DNA from: Sphaerodactylus townsendi
Lineage: Eukaryota
Length of the DNA: 64,000 nucleotides
Direction: 5' to 3'
Assembly: GCF_021028975.2 (NCBI RefSeq)
Contig: NC_059437.1
Location: 21,762,001 to 21,826,000 of the forward strand
The notes beneath the pieces were generated by a model. That model saw only the letters and a list, made by a program, of their open reading frames with translations. It ran no database searches and was not told where the DNA came from. The stretch's first letter is position 1. Each line of letters begins with the position of its first letter. Of this stretch, positions 37,503 to 49,772 are shown in pieces. Position numbers and translations under genes: made by a program.

Positions 37503-37519
37503 GACATTTGTTTTGTCCC

Positions 37520-37878
37520 AACCTGGTTGACTCAGGCTAGCCTGATCTCATCAGATCTCAGAAGCTAAGCAGGGTGAGTCCTAGCTAGTACCTGGTTGGG
37601 AGACCACAAAGGAATACCAGGGTTGCTATGCAGAGAAAGGCAGTGGCAACCAACCTCTGGCTCATTCTGCACAGGCAGAATAATGCACTTTCAAACTGCT
37701 TTCAGTGATCTTTGAAGCTGTGCGGAATGGCAAAATCCACTTGCAAACAGTTGTGAAAGTGGTTTGAAAATGCATTATTTTGCATGTGCGGAAGTGGCCT
37801 CTATTAGTCTCTTGCTTTGAAAATCCTACTGGGTCTCTGTAAGTTGGCTTTGACTTGATGGCACTTTACTCACACACA
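37520..37878 (+). mobile_element. 5S rRNA-derived SINE split by a Harbinger-like MITE
   Basis: CCTGATCTCATCAGATCTCAGAAGCTAAGCAGGG...GGGAGACC...GGAATACCAGGGT matches 5S rRNA; the tail resumes at 37800. Confidence 0.82.
37659..37799. mobile_element. Harbinger-like MITE copy 1 (inserted into a 5S-derived SINE)
   Basis: TIR GGCTCATTCTGCACAGGCAGAATAATGCA / TGCATTATTTTGCATGTGCGGAAGTGGCC; 3-bp TSD TCT; near-identical to 38694-38834. Confidence 0.8.
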
Positions 37879-38079
37879 ATTCTGCTCCAGATTATGCAAG
37901 AAGTAACCATTTGACTCTATTCTGTGCTAGTCAGACTTCATGTTGTTGTGCAAAGCAGGCAGTTTCCACTGAAGTGGGGAGGGGGGATTTGCTGGAGGCA
38001 GAGAGGTGGGATTGATGTATATACCAGGATAGTCCCTGGTGAGAACACTTAAATGAGGAGGTAGTTGAACAGTTGAAAT

Positions 38080-38272
38080 GGGTGCCCACATTCAGGTTGG
38101 TAAACTCCTGGAGATTTGGGGGGCAGATCCTGGGTGGACTTCAGTGGGGTGTACTGCCATAGAGTCCACCATCCAAGCATCCATTTTCTCCAGGGAAACT
38201 GATGTTTGTAATCTGGAGATGAGCTGTCACTCCAGAGGATCCCCAGGTCCCACCTGGAGGCTGGCACCTCTA
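38080..38272. mobile_element. Dispersed repeat (probable MITE); second copy at ~39937-40120
   Basis: Shared core AGAGTCCACC.TCCAAGCAGCCATTTTCTCCAGG.GAACTGAT...TAATCTGGAGAT in both copies. Confidence 0.65.
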
Positions 38273-38693
38273 AAGGAGTAGACCAGATGACCTGTAAGTT
38301 TCCTTTCAACTTTAGGCCTCATTGTGCATACTTGTCAATAGTTAGACAACCGCTTTCACAGCAGTGCATTGGCAGACTTTATATACAAGTCACAAACTAG
38401 TGTTTGCTCTTTACCCTACAAACCAGGATTTCTGGATGGGTTAATGCTGAATGGGAATCCTAGTTTTTAGGGAAGACAGAAACCAGTGACAGCAGAGAAG
38501 TCTCCAATTATTGACCTGTATGGGAGAACAAGAGGGAATGGGATGAAGGGCTTGAATACCAGGATCTCCCAGGGTCATTCCCATAAGGATACACAGTGGT
38601 GGGGATTGAACTCATTTAAAGTGAAGCAGGCCTTTGTGCAAAATACTGCTAATCAAGGAGTGGCATGTTAGAAAAAAATGCTAAGAACGTTTT

Positions 38694-38834
38694 GGCTCAT
38701 TCCGCACCTGCAAAATAATGCACTTACAAACTGCTTTCAGTGCTCTTTGAAGTTGTGCGGAATAGCAAAATCCACTTGCAAACAGTTGTGAAAGTGGTTT
38801 GAAAACGCACTATTTTGCCTGTGCGGAAGGGGCC
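38694..38834. mobile_element. Harbinger-like MITE copy 2
   Basis: Same sequence family as 37659-37799; 3-bp TSD TTT. Confidence 0.8.
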
Positions 38835-39575
38835 TTTGATTGAATGAACCTTTTTGACATGACTGAATACTGGCCACCACAAAGACATTTGGGCTGATTG
38901 CATTGAACCTTTTTTTCTTAAGGGTTTTGTCTAACTTGGAACTGCCACATTTGCCTGGAAATGTTGCTTGGGGCGAACTTGGGGGGAACTTTACACCGTG
39001 CAGAACTCAAAAAGAAACATTTTGCCGCTCTGATCTATTTCGGCTTTCGATTGCAAACTCCTCAGCCGTTTTTGCCCAAGAAAAAAAAAACAGTTTAGCC
39101 ACAGGCAAAATTTGGTGGCAACTCTAATCTGAAGAGCATCTACATTTAAATGGATGGCGTTATTAGAATGCCAGGGGGATTTTTTTCCAGGGCTTTACCT
39201 CAGTGAATATATCTGAAAATTCACCTAATTAGACATAGGGGAAGATTTTTCAAAGTGATAATTTTGCACATGGCTTTTCTCTCCTTTTCTCTCCTCTTGC
39301 TTCTTGTTTTGTCTCTCTCCCACACATGACTACTGTTGCCACTGACTGTAATTTAAGCTGCTCACTGCCTACAGGCAAAGTCTTCCTTTGAATATCTGCC
39401 CCACATTTCAGATTCCAATCTGTTGCACTGCTGGAGCAATGTTTGGAATCCCAAAATAGGCTCTCAGTAAAATCCTGAGAACATTTTTCCTAGGAATAAG
39501 CTTCACTGAATAGACCTGAGTAGGATTCTGAGTCAATCTGTTTAGGATTACTCTCTTTGTGGGACAGATGATAAT

Positions 39576-39872
39576 GAAGAAAAAGAGTTTAGATTTATCC
39601 CCCCTCCCTTGTTCTTCTGTAAAGAGACTCAAATGGGCTTACAAACTCCTTTCCCTTCCTCTCCCCACAACAGACACCTTGTGAGGTAAGTGAAGCAGAG
39701 TGAGTTCAGAAGAACGGTGACTAGCCCAAGGTCACCCAGCAAAAATGCAGGAGCGGGGGAAAAATCCAGTTCACCAGATAAGACTCCACTGCTCATGTGG
39801 AGGAGTGAGGAATCAAATCCAGTTCTCCAGATTAGAGTCCACCTGATCTTAACCACTATGCAACACTGGCAT
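39576..39872 (-). mobile_element. tRNA-derived SINE (Squam3-like)
   Basis: Same family, reverse orientation. Confidence 0.85.
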
Positions 39873-40429
39873 AGTCTCTCCCTTATATTGTCTCCCACTT
39901 ATAAACTAAGCCCAGACTTGAGATAAGCCCAGGAGGAAGGCTGCCAAATCTGCATTGAGATGTGGGGGTGGAGCTTGAAGAGGGATCCCAGTAGGGGACA
40001 ATGTCACAGAGTCTACACTCCGAAGCAGCCATTTTCTCCAGGAGAATTGATTTCTGTAATCTGGAGATCAACTGTAATTCTGGGAGACCTTCAGGCCCTA
40101 TTTGGAAGTTGGTGATCCTATCACAGAATCAGCTGTAACAAAGGTTCAGCTGGAGGGAACCCGAGGAAGGCTATGTTTGGCTGCTGGGGCCTTATTTTCG
40201 AACTCCCCCCTGAGAACTGCTGCGCCCTAAAGAACTGCTTGATATTTAAGATCTGCTGTTTCTAGATGTTTTTGAGTTGGATCATTGAGTTAAGTGGAGC
40301 TAAACGTGTGTGAGGATTGACTGGAGACACTATTGAAGTTTTAAAATGATTTTATTGGGTTTTTAAATCAACTTTCTAATGTTTTATTAATGTTATTCTG
40401 CTTTGTCGTGTGGTAAGCTGCCCTGGTTC

Positions 40430-40642
40430 CCATATGGATGGCCCGGCTAGCCCAGTCTTCTCAGATCTCAGAAGCTAAGCAAGGTTGGTTCTGGTTGGTA
40501 CTTGGATGGGAGGCCACTTAGGAATATCAGGGTCATTGTGCAGAGGAAGGCAATGGCGAACCATTTCTTTTAGTCTCTTGCCTTGACAACCCTACTGGTT
40601 TATCAGATGTGATTTGACTGCACTTTACACACACACACACAC
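40430..40642 (+). mobile_element. 5S rRNA-derived SINE
   Basis: GATCTCAGAAGCTAAGCAAGG...GTACTTGGATGGGAG...GAGGAAGGCAATGGC...CTCTTGCCTTGA; ends in a (CA)n tail. Confidence 0.82.
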
Positions 40643-43600
40643 TGCCTTGGAATCTTTTGTGAATAAGCACATAAAGAAACCTACTGGCAACATCAGACCC
40701 CATCTTCTTCTTGGTTGTCCTCAGAGAATCAAGATTCAGGAATGGAGACATTCTAGCTTGGAGATACATCTGGCTAGTGGGGGTTTTCCATCCAGCTCAA
40801 AGCTGCCTAACAGTTTTGGAGAGCATTAACCCACAGGGCTGTAGAATTGACCAGGGGTGTGAGATGTTCTTCAACAAAATGTTATGGCTTTAGGGCTAAG
40901 TATGATTAAGAGCCAGTAAGAGCTGCAGAGTGGGGGAGATGGGCATATTTGGGTCTTAACCTGCATGCTTTTGAGGCTCTACACTGAACATAATCCCCAC
41001 CCCCCCAAGAAAGATGCTGGAATCAGGAAAAGCTAGCATCCCACTTGAAATCCTGAAAAGCAGGCAGAGAACTAGGTGTGACCTTCAGGCTAAATAAACA
41101 AATAAAATGCTCACCTATGGTTGTGGGGTACTTAATCTGTAATTTAACATCATAATATTTGAGAATTAGCTGGAAACATATTTTGTATTCTATGTAAGTT
41201 TGCTTGGTTCAAGATCAAATCTTGGAATTCCTTGGACTCCAACATTACCCCCACTCTGTCTCCCTGCACTCAAGATAGAAAACTCCCTGGGCTGTTTACA
41301 CACGGATGTTCTGCTCCACTTCCCTGGTGTCTTCTGGCACCTTCTTTGTACAGAGGCCATAGATGTCTCTTAATAACAAACAGCTGGTGTTAACAAATCC
41401 ACTTCTGGATGCTGTAGGAGAGACTCCAACAGCCTTGAAATGGCATCTGTGGGTGGCATACCACAACAGTCTTGGCAACTTTTGTGTGAAATCATTGTCC
41501 GGAACTGCGGAAAGTCAAATAGGCACTGCATATTTTGAAGCCTTCACCATTTTCCTGGCTGCCTCTTGTAAGGGTAGGGAAGCTCAGTGCAATGGCATCA
41601 TGTTGCATAAGGAGTATCCCTCAATTTTATGGAAAAAGGACACAGGACTGCTGTTTTCAATGGAAGCCATGTGCTTGCTGCAAAGATAAATTCCAGATTT
41701 AATTAACTGGAGATAACAGGGACTGTAGAAAGAGAAGCAACGGAACTTAAAATGTACAGGGCAGTTTTTAAAAAATAACTTTCCCCAATTTGGTTTCTTA
41801 ACTGCTGGAGAGGACTCTCGACACAACAACGGTCATCTCTTCTCTTTAGCTTCTTCTCAACCCATCCCTAGCTAGCTCGTTTTGCTGCGTCTTTCCACTT
41901 AATATGGCTTAAAAGGAAAAACAATAGCAAACCCCTTCCCCAGCAACCACAAGCAAAGTCTTTCATCTAATCAGAAATACATGGCTTCTCAAATGGTTAT
42001 TTCATCATGAGGCAGAGCGGAGGCAATTAACCGAACTTTATGTTAATGCTGGCCATTTGATTAGCTACAACCTGATTAATTCCAAAAGGAGACAATCCTT
42101 TGCAGAAAATGCAATGGTTGCATTGATAATAAGAAAGATAAAAGGGGATTAAAGAGACAGTATGGAACAGACAAAGGCTGCAAATCGTCAAAAGAATGAG
42201 CAAGCATTAATCTCACCAAGTATATAAACACACCACTTGGCATATGCAAAAAAAAAAAAAGGTGGTGGTGGGGAATCATTTAATTCAGACAAATGCTATG
42301 TCTAATGGATTGATTGAGTCCTCTTGATGGGAGCAGTGGAAGTCGTTGGTGGGGCTGGTTCCTTCCTGACTTCCCCCAGCAAGTAGAGAAGGCTGACTTG
42401 GCTGCTTGCTCCTCCTCACTGCAACTGCCAATGTTGCCTAGCTTGTTGTCCAGGGGGGTCCTCTCCCCAAGTTTCAGTACCATTTTGACAATATGCATGG
42501 GGGGGGGAAGGTTTGCTGGGAGAAGGAGAGAGAAATCTTCCATCAGCACCTAACATGAGAGGTGCTTGAGATCCAACAACATGGTGTCTAATAGGTCCAC
42601 ACATTGCCCTTCCATCAAATGCTCTATCTTCAAGGCAGTTTGCCAAAGATTGAAATACTAGCAAAAATAAAATGCAAGCACTTAAGACAACAGCAGACTA
42701 GATCGTGCACAAAGAGTAGTAGAACATCCGCTTTAACATCCTGTGAGTATTGGTGGATCTGAAGCTTTCTTCTCTGCTTCTTGAACCAAAGACCCCCACT
42801 TTGATTTTGCTTTCCTTGAACTATTCTTTATTTTTATGTGGTTTTAAGTTTCTTCACACTGAAGTCGCCCCATACAGCCCATGCATTTTAATGTTACTTG
42901 TGCATCAATGAATCAGTGTTATGCATTATGTGTATTCTCTGTGTACATATAGTATACATAAATTCCACCAAACATGGTGTAGGAAAACCACAGAAGGAAG
43001 TATAAATAACACAGACAGATCTGCAAAATGAACAGGAAAAAAAAAATCAGAGAAGCAAATTTGAATGAATACACCAAAAAATGGTGTATTGATCTCTGGA
43101 CAGCTTATACAGAGATCAGCACCTACTGAAGCTATCCTCCTATTCCCACCAGGAAATGCCTTTCGGAATGACATGTGTAAGACCCAACAGCACTGGTAGC
43201 TACGCTTGGCTGTTATGTGCCCTCTGAACCCACACCCTCCCTTTAAGCCATAAGGAGGACATCCTGCTCCAAACTTCAAAGAGTTTTAGGGAAGGGGAAG
43301 GAACAGGCAAATAAAAATGTATCAGCTCTCCAAAGGCCTCACCCTAGGATTCCCTCCGGCATCTGTGTTGCCCAGGAGCAATTAAAACTCAGAATTATTT
43401 TCTCCTGAACTGCCAATTTTTCCCCTCTAAATTCCACCCAAGCAACCTGAGTTTTGTTGAGTGGCTCGTAGCCGTTCATTATTGGTGCCATAGCTCATAA
43501 GCATTAAATGGCATACATTCTTAGGAGTCTTGACATTCAATGCAACTTACATTGATGGCAGGATCAACTAGCATCTGATATGATTACTTGGAAATCAAAA

Positions 43601-46188
43601 TATAAATTATAGAAAAACCAAAATTCAGGACGACTTACATACTTGCTGACAGGTCCTCTCTTATAGAATGGGATAAATATTGGGTTTTGAATGTTTTGGG
43701 CAGTCCATTCATGAAATGCACTCCCCCCCCAATGGAATTAACAAGAAATTAACAAATGTAATTGCTTCAAGCACCAACATGGATGACTGATGAAAAGTCA
43801 ATTGGGTTTCTAATTAAAGTAGCAATAATCGCATATATTATCTAAGTAGTGATGGCATTAATTTTAAGCTGCCTCCCTATTAACTGGGCTTTTATGGATA
43901 CTGATTTGAAAACTGTCTATTTTAAAAAATAGTTTCCTCCCCTAAAAAATGCATGCACAAAAATATACCCACAAAGAAGCACATGTTTTCAAAAACACTC
44001 TTTTTTGCTCAAGTGGTTGTTGCATTTCCTTATTAAATAGATTGCAACTGGTGGTATACTAGATTAGACCCATAGCAACTGACCACTGTCTAGGTTGGTT
44101 TTTCTGGACACTGGGTGCACACAGAGCTCTCCCACTTGAAAGCCCATGTTGAGTCATTTCCACTGAATGGGGTAGATTTGGACTCAATTTTCCAACAGCA
44201 CAACTGAATTTCCCTGCTCACTCTCCCCTCCCCATGGCAGTTCACTGATCTTTGCAAACAGCTGCTCCTGGGAGGCAGGGAACCCAGAAGAAGGACCAGG
44301 GGAGGGGGCTTAAGCAGGAAAGGGGAACTGGTGAAAACTGCAAATTTAGCCTGGATCAAACCCTGTGACTTTGGACCAGCTTATTCAACTTTAGGATGAC
44401 CGGATCTCATTTTTCATACAAGATTCCAAAGCAGCTGACAATTTTTTTAAAAAAATGCTAATAATGCTTTAAAAGCTCAAGATACCAATGAAAAATAATC
44501 ATGATAAAATAAACCCAAAAACAAAATGGCTGATAAATAAGGCAATACCTCTCCAACCTCAAAAAGGTCACGGCATCACTGTCATAAATCAAAAGTCAAT
44601 TTCAAAAAGTTTTGTTGGGGAAAAGTGCATAGTTAGCATATTTATCTCATTTACATGATACATAACCTGCCTCACAAAACAAAGCAGTCAAGGCAGCTCG
44701 TAAAAGGAACATTTTAATACAGAAAATATACAAAAGGCTAAAACTCCAACAGCCGCAAAACAGTTAGAAGCAGCATAATGCCAGTAAACCACGAAGGAGC
44801 AATAAATATGCTACTAACAATAGTAACAGCAGAAAACTAGGGAATTAGGGATCATAAAACCATACAGCTGAGGCTACTTTCAATTCATCCAATTGAATAG
44901 AAGGATATTCTATCGTCACGCTAGTGAGCTTGCAACCCCTGCCCTGGCTCAGGCCCTTCTTGGGACCTCAGAGTAGGGTATGGTCACCCTCCAGCCATTT
45001 GACTTGCAACTGAGAGGCACTCAGTTGGACCCCAGTCTACCAAACCTCCCTGGGCTTCCAGGCACTGAGCCTAAAATCTCCTTCTTTGACTTAGGACCCA
45101 CCCCCATGCCCGCCTCCTTGACCTGGTCCTTGGGTCCTTTTGGGTCCTTTTAAAATCCTGTCCTGTCAGCCCTGACCTCTCTTTTGACAGTGGTGGGGGG
45201 CAGGGCTCTGTCAGAAGTTTGAGCATTGGCTTGAGGTTTCCTTGGGCAGGGGCTGCATTGAGTGACCCTGCTGTAGGCAGGCTATGGCTTTGCCACCCAT
45301 CTGGTACTCTCTGTTTGCTCCTGGCTGGGTTCCCTTCCATTGGTCTGACTGTTAGCATCCTCTGTCTGGACAGCCATGTGTCAGGTTTGTTTTGCTGGTT
45401 GCTTGATGGCCACAGGCTGCCTCCAGGCCCAATTACTACTGCCAGTGGTTGCCAGCAGGCTTGGTGGTGCTCCTCTGCCTCGCACTGGTCCTCACTGCCA
45501 CTGTTGACCTTCTGGGAATGGCATCAGCCACTACCTGACTGCTATCAGTGGCATCCCTGAAAGGTAAAATCCTCTTCTGGGGTTCTGGGTTGCAGTTACT
45601 ATTGTGGGAGGCAGGAAAGTCCGCGGAGCTGGTGATAGTCCCAGGACAATTCATACAATCCTATCCAACAAGATTTTGTAGTTTCCATTCCTATAATTGC
45701 TCATCAAACTGAATATCAGTATATGGAATTTCAAATGATCAGTTGCAAGTATTTGCTTTTCCTCAGGGATTAGAACAGGATATGTTCAAGCTCAAATCCT
45801 GCATCTTTCCTAAGGCAAATTTATTCTTAAAGTACTGTAGTCATGACTTTCCATATTTCCCCAGTTTAGCGATTGGGGCAAAAGTGTGGCTTTTCTATAG
45901 TTTCTTGGTAGCCTCCAAGTATGGATATTGGGGAAATTTTCTTCTGAGTTTCATGCAATGTGCATAGCTGAGGTTCAAGTGTCACTGGAAAAGTACATCC
46001 TTGGGTTCTTGAATGTAGTGCAACTTCATAATCAGAACAGTTTTCATATCATATTCCCTGATGTGATATTAATACTACATCATGTAGTTCTGCCTCTCCA
46101 AATTTCAGAACTTTGGTGGAATTTAAATGGCTTCAATTCCTAGGAAAAGAGAGAAATTTATTCCTAAGCAGGACAGAGCTGGGGGAAT

Positions 46189-46496
46189 GGAGCAGCAGTG
46201 GCGTAGGAGGTTAAGAGCTCGTGTATCTAATATGGAGGAACCGGGTTTGATTCCCAGCTCTGCTGCCTGAGCTGTGGAGGCTTATCTGGGGAATTCAGAC
46301 TAGCCTGTGCACTCCCACACATGCCAGCTGGATGACCTTGGGCTAGTCACAGCTCTTCTGAGCTCTCTCAGCCCCACCTACCTCACAGGGTGTTTGTTGT
46401 GAGGGGGGAAGGGCAAGGAGATTGTAAGCCCCTTTGAGTCTCCTGCAGGAGAGAAAGGGGGGATATAAATCCAAACTCTTCTTCTTCTCTTCTTCT
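46189..46496 (+). mobile_element. tRNA-derived SINE (Squam3-like, young, full length)
   Basis: Box A-like GTGGCGTAGGAGG, box B GGTTTGATTCCC, family body, (CTT)n tail. Confidence 0.9.
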
Positions 46497-48783
46497 AGGT
46501 GAATCTAAAAATTGTTGAAAGGTATTGGCTTTTAAGGAGAGATGCAAGTTGCATCTGTACCATGTGACCTTATGATTAATACTTCCCAAGTCACAACCTG
46601 GCCTGAAGCTTGTAGTGCATTTTATGTTATGGTATGTGAAAAAATAGGGTTCATCTCGTAGGCAGCAGATAGCTGGGTCAGCAACAGAAATGGAGCCACA
46701 AAGTCTGGAGCAAATTGTGATAATTGACCTGTAACTTGATTGGTGCAAGAGACTATGACTCTATTCCTACGGAAGACTGTTGCTGGGCAAAGTGGTAGCT
46801 TAAACATTATAAAGTTGTGTATCGAACTCTGTATGTTATCTTAGTTCTTAGTTCTATTCTGTTCTATCTTACTGACTTAGTCCTGTGTAGCTTAAGAACT
46901 TTGCATAGTGTTTTGCATAGTGCTTGTATAGTGCAACTAGTAAAGCCTTCCTGTGGAAAGAACATCTCATGTGAAGTGTCTTAATCCTAAGAAGGTGGGA
47001 GGCTGCTGGGTGTATGCAATTGGACTACTAGACCTACTTGTCTAGTATGGGTAGCTCCTCTCTACTCTGCTGATATTTTGAACTGGTGACTTGAGGGAGA
47101 CAGGGCATAGATTCAACCTGTGCAGCGCCACCTGGTTCAACCCACAGAATAAAATAGCAAGAAGAACTACCAAAAAAAGCTCCTTTGAATCAATAAGTCA
47201 GAGCAGGTCTGATGATACTTTTTGACCACTGTGAAGGCTTCAGGTCAGTCTTGGTTGTTGATCAAGCAATTAGGAAGTATATTCCTGATGACTTCAGGCT
47301 GCCTTCCTATCACTGCCTATTTTCAGCTACAGGGGATTTTTTATCTACAAGTTGGTGCTGTAGCATCTCTTTAGACGCAGTGGGGTAAGATAAGGATAAC
47401 TCTAGACTTCAGTTTGAAATTCTTTCCTTTTATGTTGATAAGGCAGCACCTTTCTGCATTACTTTGATGCACTGTACTTATTTGCTGTTTAATCTTGTAT
47501 AATAATTAACTCCAATTGATCCACTGCAGTGTTTTAGCAAAGTGCTGGGGCCTATTAAATTGGACAAAGAACGCACCAGCACTATCTCTGTTCCAAGCAA
47601 AACTAGGCAACTGGGGGAAAGGAATAGATTAAAATAATGGTTTCGCTAGATGGGACTCTTTGGCACTGTAAATTTAGGAGTGCTGCAGCAAGGTTTTAAA
47701 ATATTTAAAAAAGGCAGTCTGCTGGAACTCTCCTGATTAGTGAATATGTTTCCATTGTTCTGGGCAGGGGCGGGAGTGGAGGGCTACTTTTAGTCAGATG
47801 GAAGAAATAAGCAAGAGCATTATAGAATTCAATTCTGAAGTTTTTATTCAATTATGACAATTATTTTCCAGACTGCAGTTTCAGTTAAAGTATGGAGACA
47901 TGGTTGCTTCTGAAGCAACCATTTTCTACCAAGCAATTGCTGAAAATCTCCGAGGCAGAATTTCAACTTTCTTTTTTTCCCCAGGCCCAGGGGGAGGGAG
48001 AATGCAGAGTTATACAAATATCTGTTTAGCCATGATAGGAGGCAGAATATACAGGAATGAAATCGCTCTGAAAGACTTCACTCTAGAGTTTTAGTACTCT
48101 TAACACTGCAATCCTAAAAACCTTTTCCTGGATAGTGAGTCCTGCTTAGCAGATTGGAGTAGGATTCTGGGTAGACTTGCTTAGGATTGCAAGTTTTTGA
48201 CATTTCCAGTCTTTCCACACATACTTATTCCCTATTGCAGCAATATTGTTGGTTTTTTCTTGAACCTTATTGGTGAATTCTTTGCTTACTTGGGCAAGGA
48301 TCTGAGCCATAAAACAACAAAACAAGCACTCATAAAATGGTCTATCCCCAAAACTAGACAACTAGATTAAAGCAGAAAGAGGCTACAAAGTATTGCATGG
48401 CATACCTATGAATTAGAGGATATCACTTTAAAAATAAATATTTACCTGTTTCACATCAGATGGAGAAAGGAGGCTGTCTGAAATGGGGGTCACTACTGCC
48501 CCAGACCCTTCCCAATTTTACCAGACTAAAGGATGAAACAAAGAGCAGATAATCACCTGCTGAGCTGAGGAAAAAGGAAAAGTCAATAGTTTAATTGATT
48601 TATTGCTACCTTGACCCTATGGCAACTTCCAGCAGTCAAAAACAAAACAGAGGAGTGGAGGTTTTTTTTTTACTTTATTCATTTATTTATAAACATAATA
48701 AACTCAAGGTTCTCACAGAAAATTCAAACCAAATCGCACAGTCCCAGATACCTACCAGTCCTTGCAAGGAATGGAAGGCGATC

Positions 48784-48804
48784 AGAGCTGTCCATGGTAC
48801 TGAC
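48784..48804 (-). promoter_or_regulatory. Candidate REST/NRSF binding site (RE1/NRSE)
   Basis: Minus strand GTCAGTACCATGGACAGCTCT versus consensus TTCAGCACCWYGGACAGMGCC; both half-sites present with canonical 2-bp spacing. Confidence 0.65.
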
Positions 48805-49597
48805 AGGCACAAGTCGCATCACATTGCAGGGTGTCCCTTTGTTGGGACAGATGTTCCATCCATCCAAGGGATAGATCCAGCGGACAGTTGGTAGCTGTCT
48901 TTATTATCATGAGGGATACTTGATATCTCTCTCTCATCCAGCGATGGCTCTTTTTATAATTCGAATTGCCTGGGGGGAGCTACAGCCATGCCATCCTCAG
49001 AATGTCACGCGATGCCTTAATCAAAAGAAGGAAGAAAGCCTGGAGCAGCTCAACAAGCCTCAAGTGAGGTATAAATACTGCATCAATTCAAGACAATGTG
49101 ACAAATATGATAATGGTGCCCTGATTGTTTGCTCAACAGCTTTCTTGGGTGCAACATCTCCTTTCTCATATGTTCCTCATCCTGCATTCCACATATATGC
49201 ATAAAATAATACACTAGAAAAGGAAATATTTTAAGCAAAGACAATTAAAATCATATCCTGGTTCCCACCCTTTCTTTCCTTTGATCTGTTTTCTCATATG
49301 TTTATGCCATCCAGCGATCAGGCTTTGGGTAGTGAATGAGCTTCTAACTGGACATGGCATACTTGGGGCATCTGCTTGAGTTTACAGGCTGATAAATGTC
49401 ATTGTTAGATATGCAGAGTGAGCAGTTGGACCCCTACTCCCATTAAAGGGTTTCATGGAGGCCAGGGGGCCTCTACGGCTGGCACCAGAGCAGGGTACTG
49501 CTCTCACAAAATGGATGTCCCTCAGGATTTTGGAGATGCATCCTGTTGTTTTCTAGCTTTGTAGGAAGGGGTTGGCAGCTGACCTTTCCCCCTAGTC

Positions 49598-49772
49598 CAG
49601 TGGTTCTCAACCTTCCTAATGCCGCAACCCTTTAATACAGTTCCTCATGTTGTGGCGACCCCCAACCCTAACATTTATCCATTTTACAGATGGAGAACAC
49701 TGATGCAGTGACCCTTGTGAAAGGGTCGTTTGACCCCCAAAGGGGTCCCGACCCCCAGGTTGAGAACCACTG
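49598..49772. mobile_element. SPIN (Space Invader) hAT non-autonomous MITE
   Basis: CAGTGGTTCTCAACCTTCCTAATGCCGCAACCCTTTAATACAGTTCCTCATGTTGTGG ... GAAAGGGTCGTTTGACCCCCAAAGGGGTC...GGTTGAGAACCACTG matches my recollection of SPIN/URR1 ends; perfect 8-bp TSD CCCTAGTC. Confidence 0.88.

Noticed and set aside
36846-37568. 240-aa ORF as a host or domesticated gene
   Set aside because: It is the LINE 3' segment; its start comes from the inverted segment and its end runs through the TSD into a SINE.
37538-37630. 5S rRNA gene (also 40450-40535 and 6920-7010)
   Set aside because: Diverged, lacks the 5S 5' end and T-run terminator, and is fused to a SINE tail.
44912-47100. Possible solo LTRs (44912-45650, 46556-47090; also ~950-1380 and ~2400-2800)
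   Set aside because: LTR-like texture, but I could not establish TG...CA ends with matching TSDs, so they are not called.
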